A stretch of 46,254 nt of DNA, from positions 1-46,254 of the forward strand of contig CAZFSG010000006.1 of the NCBI GenBank assembly GCA_964521665.1. Direction: 5' to 3'. The notes under the pieces were generated by a model. The model did not search any database and was not told the origin of the DNA. It worked only from the letters and a program-made list of their open reading frames with translations. Shown in pieces: positions 41,897-46,254 of this stretch (position 1 is the first letter of the stretch; the number at the start of each line of letters is the position of its first letter). Origin of the DNA: an uncultured Elusimicrobia bacterium (GTDB lineage: Bacteria; Elusimicrobiota; Endomicrobiia; DTEH01). The position numbers and the translations under genes are program-made.

Positions 41897-43303
41897 ATGA
41901 AAACATTGCTGCATTCACTTTTAGATTTGTTTGCATTTTCTCTTCTCATAATAACTATATGGTTAATAATAAGATTTCCTCATCATTTGCCATATCTTTA
42001 TTTTTTGTTTGGTATATGTTTACTTTTATTTCATATTAATAAATTTTTATTTTTTGAAATTTTATTATTGTTGATTTCTACATCTGTCGGAATCTTATGT
42101 ATTTACTTTTTGCCTTCATTAAACAATATTATAATTATTGCAGAAGGTATATCTTTTATTTTATGGTGGATTTTGTTAGTGAATATTGACACGATGAAAG
42201 AGAAAAAATTTGTTTTATTGTCTGAGGAGAGAGAAAATTTGGAAAAAAAAATTGCTGAATTAAAACACAATATTGATTCTATTCAATTTGAAATTCGGAA
42301 TAATTTTGTTAAAACACAAAATTATAAAATGGTTGAAGAAATAATAAATAAGTTATCTTCGTTTACTTCAACTGAACAAATAAAATCATATTTATCTGAT
42401 ATATTCAACAAATTATTTCCTCGTTTTGTTACAAAGATATATATTAGTAATAATGCTACACAAATTGATCCTGTTATTGATCAACAGCTGATATCGTTTT
42501 CAGACAAAAATATAGTATATGTTTCAGATTTGTCTACTTATATTCCTTTTGTCGAACAACACAAAATTTCTGAGTTTCAGCAAATAAAAGAAGTTCTTCT
42601 TAAAAACAAAATAAATTCTTTTGTTTGTTGTAAACTCTATAGTGTAAAACAAAATGAAATATTAGGATATCTTATTGTTTATTCAAAATATAAAATAGAT
42701 GAAGAAAGTTATAGATTAATATTACTTTTGTCTTCATATATAGAGATTGCAATATTAAATGTTAAGTTATACGAAAATATAAAAGAACTTGCTATTACTG
42801 ATTCGTTGACAGGGTTATATGTTCAGCGATATTTTAAAGAATTGTTAGCTGAAAAGTTAAAAATATCTAAATTCTATAAAAAACCACTTGTGTTTGCAAT
42901 GTTTGATATAGATAATTTCAAACAAATAAATGACACTTATGGACATAATGTTGGTGATGAAGTTCTTGTAAGATTTGCAAATTTGCTTACTGCAAGATTA
43001 AGAGAAACTGATGTGATATCAAGATATGGTGGAGATGAGTTCGCAGTAATTTTTCCTAACACTGATTTGAATAATGCAAAAAATATTTGTGAAGAAATTC
43101 GTAATTTAGTTATAAATGAAAAAATAGTCATTCCTAAAACTATAATAGGATCTTCTTCCTCAGTTAGAATAAAATTTTTTGTATCCTGTGGTTTAGGTGC
43201 ATATTCAGAAAAGTTTAATACTTTAGAAGAATTTATTGATTATGTAGACAAACTATTATATAAGGCTAAACAAACTGGCAAAAACAGAGTTGTTTGGGAA
43301 TAG
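41897..43303 (+). CDS. Membrane-anchored diguanylate cyclase (GGDEF domain, RxxD I-site present)
   Basis: N-terminal TM helices, a coiled-coil segment, a central sensor-like region, then D.DNFK.IND.YGH..GD, RETD-x5-GGDEF, YKAK..GKNR. Confidence 0.88.
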   Translation: MKTLLHSLLDLFAFSLLIITIWLIIRFPHHLPYLYFLFGICLLLFHINKFLFFEILLLLISTSVGILCIYFLPSLNNIIIIAEGISFILWWILLVNIDTMKEKKFVLLSEERENLEKKIAELKHNIDSIQFEIRNNFVKTQNYKMVEEIINKLSSFTSTEQIKSYLSDIFNKLFPRFVTKIYISNNATQIDPVIDQQLISFSDKNIVYVSDLSTYIPFVEQHKISEFQQIKEVLLKNKINSFVCCKLYSVKQNEILGYLIVYSKYKIDEESYRLILLLSSYIEIAILNVKLYENIKELAITDSLTGLYVQRYFKELLAEKLKISKFYKKPLVFAMFDIDNFKQINDTYGHNVGDEVLVRFANLLTARLRETDVISRYGGDEFAVIFPNTDLNNAKNICEEIRNLVINEKIVIPKTIIGSSSSVRIKFFVSCGLGAYSEKFNTLEEFIDYVDKLLYKAKQTGKNRVVWE

Positions 43304-43306
43304 AAT

Positions 43307-44557
43307 ATGGGCACAATGTTGATAAATTTTATATTTATCATAATTTTTCCTTTAATTATTTATGTGTCACTAAAAAATCAGAAATTATCATTTTTAGTAT
43401 TACATCGTGATTTGTTTTATTCAATTTATATTTTTATAACAATTAGCATTTTATATGTTTTGACTAAAAATAAATTTTTTGTCTTAATTCCATTTTCAAT
43501 ATTTATCTTATGGATAATAATATATGAAAGTTATATTACTGCGACAGAAAAAATAAATAAAGAAGGTACACAAATAATAAATTCTTTGTCAGAAAAAATA
43601 AAATTGTTGGAACAAAATTATGCTGAACTTAAAGGAGAATATGATATTGGATATCATGAACTTGTAAAATATACAAAGTTGTTTACTTTAGCTGAAGAAA
43701 TTAACAAAAATGTCGACCTTGATAAAGTTGGTAACAAATTTTACTCTACAATAAAAGAATATTTTGGTGCTGATAAAATAGATTATGTAGGTATTCTTGT
43801 GACAAAAAAGAAAGATGTGATTGATCATATATCTTTTTCGCCACAAGATATGAATTTGATCCAAATTATAAACAATACTTGGATAGAGAAACAAAATTTT
43901 TTGGGTCTTGAAGGAATATTAGCTGAAGAAATATATTCTAATATATATTCATATATTTTTATTATTAAACATCGACTATCTGAAAATCTTTTGCCACATC
44001 TTAAGTTTTTTATTAGTGAAACAAAGATAGGATTTATCCGTAGCATATTATTTAGAGAAGTAGAAGAATTATCACGTGTTGATGGATTAACAGGATTATA
44101 TTTGAGAAGATATTTTATTAATCGTTTGAATAATGAGATACTTCTTGCAACAAGATATAATAATGTATTTTCGTTAATTATGATAGATATTGACTTTTTT
44201 AAGAAGGTAAATGATACATATGGACATATAGTAGGTGATTTTGTGTTAAAAAAATTAGCAGAAATTTTATTAGAGCAAGTTAAAGAACAAGGTCTTTGTT
44301 CACGGTGGGGAGGTGAAGAATTTTTAGTTTTTGTTCCTTATCAGACACAACAAGAAGTTGTTCAATTAGCTGAAAAAATAAGAACTACAGTTGAAAATTA
44401 TATTTTTCAATATCAAGATAAAACAATTAAAATAACGATAAGTTGTGGAATAAGTTTTTATCCTCAAGAAGGAAAGGATATTACGACTTTAGTAGAAGAA
44501 GCGGATAAAAAACTTTATAAAGCAAAACAATCCGGTAGAAACAAAGTTGTTATTTAA
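43307..44557 (+). CDS. Membrane-anchored diguanylate cyclase (GGEEF, no RxxD I-site)
   Basis: Same architecture as the upstream gene. D.DFFK.VND.YGH..GD, KEQG-x5-GGEEF, YKAK.SGRNK. Confidence 0.88.
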   Translation: MGTMLINFIFIIIFPLIIYVSLKNQKLSFLVLHRDLFYSIYIFITISILYVLTKNKFFVLIPFSIFILWIIIYESYITATEKINKEGTQIINSLSEKIKLLEQNYAELKGEYDIGYHELVKYTKLFTLAEEINKNVDLDKVGNKFYSTIKEYFGADKIDYVGILVTKKKDVIDHISFSPQDMNLIQIINNTWIEKQNFLGLEGILAEEIYSNIYSYIFIIKHRLSENLLPHLKFFISETKIGFIRSILFREVEELSRVDGLTGLYLRRYFINRLNNEILLATRYNNVFSLIMIDIDFFKKVNDTYGHIVGDFVLKKLAEILLEQVKEQGLCSRWGGEEFLVFVPYQTQQEVVQLAEKIRTTVENYIFQYQDKTIKITISCGISFYPQEGKDITTLVEEADKKLYKAKQSGRNKVVI

Positions 44558-44573
44558 AAATTTTTTAAACTTT

Positions 44574-45517
44574 ATGTTTTATGAAATAATAAAATTTTTT
44601 GTTTTGTTTTTTGTTTATATACATTCTGTTTGCTGTAGTGAAATCTCTTTTCTTTTACCAGAAGAATACAAACCTTCTCATAAAGATTTAGATATAACTT
44701 TTATAGATGTTGATCAAGGCGATTCCACATTATAATTTTTCCGAATAAAAAAACAATGTTGATTGATGCAGGGGGGATACCATACTGGATGGAAACAACC
44801 ATTTGGGATCCAGGAAAAGAAGTTGTTGTTCCATATATTAACTCAACTGGAGTAGATAAAATAGATTATGTAATAGTCTCTCATCCTCATGGAGACCATT
44901 TTGGAGGGATGTTTAGTGTGTTAGATTCATTTAAAATAGGAGAGTTTATAGATAACGGGTATACTGAAGGTGACCCTAATTATTCAGATTTGTTAGAAAT
45001 TGTTGATAAAAAAGAATTGCGATACGAACAAATTAAAGAAGGAGATAAGTTTGTTATTGACGAAAATATAACTTTAGAAACATTTTTTCCACCAAAGAAT
45101 GGATTCCCATTTGAAGGTACTAACAATTCATCTATTGTGTTGAAGATTACATATAAAAATTTTTCTGTACTTTTTGCGGGAGATATAGAATCTGATGTAG
45201 AATATTATATTTCTTCGAAATATAAGAATAAACTTAGAAGTATTATATTAAAAGTGCCACATCACGGATCAAGAACTTCCTCAACTGTAAAGTTTATAAA
45301 AACAGTTTCACCTGAAGTTGCAGTAATCAGTTGTGGTAGAAATAACATGTTTGGTCATCCTCATAACGAAGTTATTATGCGATACAAAAAAATGAAGGTT
45401 GAGATATATAGAACAGATATAGATAGAAATATTAGAGTTTTGACAAATGGTGATGAGTATACTGTATTCACAAATTATTCAAGACACATGCCACTTCCAG
45501 CCGGTGCTGGATGGTGA
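44574..45517 (+). pseudogene. ComEC/Rec2-type metallo-beta-lactamase-fold protein, interrupted by a 1-nt frameshift near 44730
   Basis: ORF 44547..44735 ends ..ITFIDVDQGDSTL*. In another frame the sequence continues (I)IIFPNKKTMLIDAGG..VIVSHPHGDHFGG..VPHHGS. Together these rebuild one continuous MBL domain. The frame change must lie between 44714 and 44732. Confidence 0.7.
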
Positions 45518-45549
45518 TAAAATTTTTCAGATAATTTTTTTAGAAATAG

Positions 45550-45578
45550 TTGAAAAATTTTTGATAGTTTTATATTAT
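45550..45578 (+). promoter_or_regulatory. Sigma70-like promoter candidate for the tRNA cluster (TTGAAA-17 nt-TATTAT)
   Basis: Hexamers and spacing read directly, about 60 nt upstream of tRNA-Lys. Confidence 0.3.
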
Positions 45579-45637
45579 TAACAACAAATGTTTTTTGTTG
45601 AATAATAAAAAGTAAAGTGTGCTGATATTTATGTTTT

Positions 45638-45710
45638 GGGCCCGTAGCTCAGGTGGTAGAGCACCGGCCTTTTAAGCCGGGTGTCGAGAGTTCGAATCTC
45701 TCCGGGCTCA
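45638..45710 (+). tRNA. tRNA-Lys (anticodon UUU)
   Basis: Acceptor GGGCCCG/CGGGCTC, anticodon arm CCGGC-CTTTTAA-GCCGG, T-arm GAGAG-TTCGAAT-CTCTC. Confidence 0.9.
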
Positions 45711-45724
45711 GATTTGAATTTAAT

Positions 45725-45798
45725 ACGCCTGTAGCTCAATTGGACAGAGCAACGGCCTTCTAAGCCGTGGGTTGTGGGTTCAACTCCCACCAGGCGTG
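45725..45798 (+). tRNA. tRNA-Arg (anticodon UCU)
   Basis: Acceptor ACGCCTG/CAGGCGT, anticodon arm ACGGC-CTTCTAA-GCCGT, T-arm GTGGG-TTCAACT-CCCAC. Confidence 0.88.
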
Positions 45799-45814
45799 TT
45801 TTTATTTCTTAGAA

Positions 45815-45889
45815 GGTGGTTGTAGCTCAACTGGACAGAGCACCTGGCTGTGGCCCAGGTTGTTGCGGGTTCGAGTCCCGTCAACCACC
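45815..45889 (+). tRNA. tRNA-His (anticodon GUG) with an encoded G-1
   Basis: Extra 5' G opposite discriminator C. Acceptor GTGGTTG/CAACCAC, anticodon arm CCTGG-CTGTGGC-CCAGG. The next three bases are CCA, possibly an encoded CCA end. Confidence 0.88.
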
Positions 45890-45945
45890 CCAAAAAACTG
45901 TTGATGTATTTATTATACTTTTTGTATTTAAAGTAAAGTATTTAC

Positions 45946-46017
45946 GGGCGGTTAGCTCAGCGGGAGAGCGCCCGGTTTACACCCGGAAGGTCAGAGGTTC
46001 AAATCCTCTACCGCCCA
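45946..46017 (+). tRNA. tRNA-Val (anticodon UAC)
   Basis: Acceptor GGGCGGT/ACCGCCC, anticodon loop TTTACAC, T-arm AGAGG-TTCAAAT-CCTCT. Confidence 0.85.
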
Positions 46018-46038
46018 AATTCAAATAATATTTTAATC

Positions 46039-46114
46039 GGGGACGTGGTGTAGCCTGGTTTAACACGCTGGCCTGTCAAGCCAGAGATCGCGAGTTCAAA
46101 TCTCGTCGTCCCCG
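46039..46114 (+). tRNA. tRNA-Asp (anticodon GUC)
   Basis: Acceptor GGGGACG/CGTCCCC, anticodon arm CTGGC-CTGTCAA-GCCAG, T-loop TTCAAAT. Followed by a T6 run. Confidence 0.88.
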
Positions 46115-46144
46115 TTTTTTAAATAGTAATTTAGGGAGGATTTC

Positions 46145-46254
46145 ATGGCAGAAGTAATTTTAGAAAATGTGACAAAGAAATACGGTAATGTAGTTGCAGT
46201 AAAAAATGTTAATCTGGAAGTAAAAGATAAAGAATTTTGTGTTCTTGTAGGACC
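46145..46254 (+). CDS. ABC transporter ATP-binding protein, N-terminal fragment (MalK/UgpC-like sugar-importer type), continues beyond the window
   Basis: MAEVILENVTKKYGNVVAVKNVNLEVKDKEFCVLVGP is the typical leader into a Walker A motif. SD AGGGAGGA. Confidence 0.8.
   Translation, partial: MAEVILENVTKKYGNVVAVKNVNLEVKDKEFCVLVG

Overview
This window is a co-directional housekeeping block from an AT-rich bacterium. Every gene I can support lies on the + strand. The stable RNA genes (23S, 5S and seven tRNAs) are visibly much more G+C-rich than the coding DNA, and several proteins are in their Cys4 zinc-ribbon forms (S14, L36, L24, S4, Adk lid). I infer a thermophile from this, with no taxon assignable. 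The order is: 23S 3' end, 5S, an orphan secreted beta-barrel-like ORF, rplJ, a 484-nt non-coding gap, rplL-rpoB-rpoC, rpsL-rpsG-fusA, tRNA-Thr, tuf, then the complete S10/spc/alpha ribosomal clusters (rpsJ to rplQ, including secY-adk-map-infA-rpmJ, but no rpmD). Next come mreBCD-mrdA-rodA, a fused radical-SAM protein, rpmA-obg, tRNA-Thr, two tandem GGDEF diguanylate cyclases and a frameshifted ComEC-type MBL gene. The window ends with a Lys-Arg-His-Val-Asp tRNA cluster and the start of an ABC ATPase. I see no CRISPR array, mobile element, defence island or convincing novel multi-gene system; this is essentially a core region. The parts that ordinary annotation does not explain are: (1) the 484-nt spacer splitting rplJ from rplL; (2) the rRNA operon running without a terminator into an ORF that lacks a Shine-Dalgarno (SD) sequence and then into rplJ, with secE-nusG-rplKA absent; (3) an EF-Tu whose switch-I/effector loop differs strongly from the canonical motif while EF-G keeps it; (4) an L27 with a shortened N-terminal tail and no adjacent rplU; (5) large insertions in the RNA polymerase beta and beta' subunits. 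All of these are modest, checkable observations rather than a demonstrated new system.
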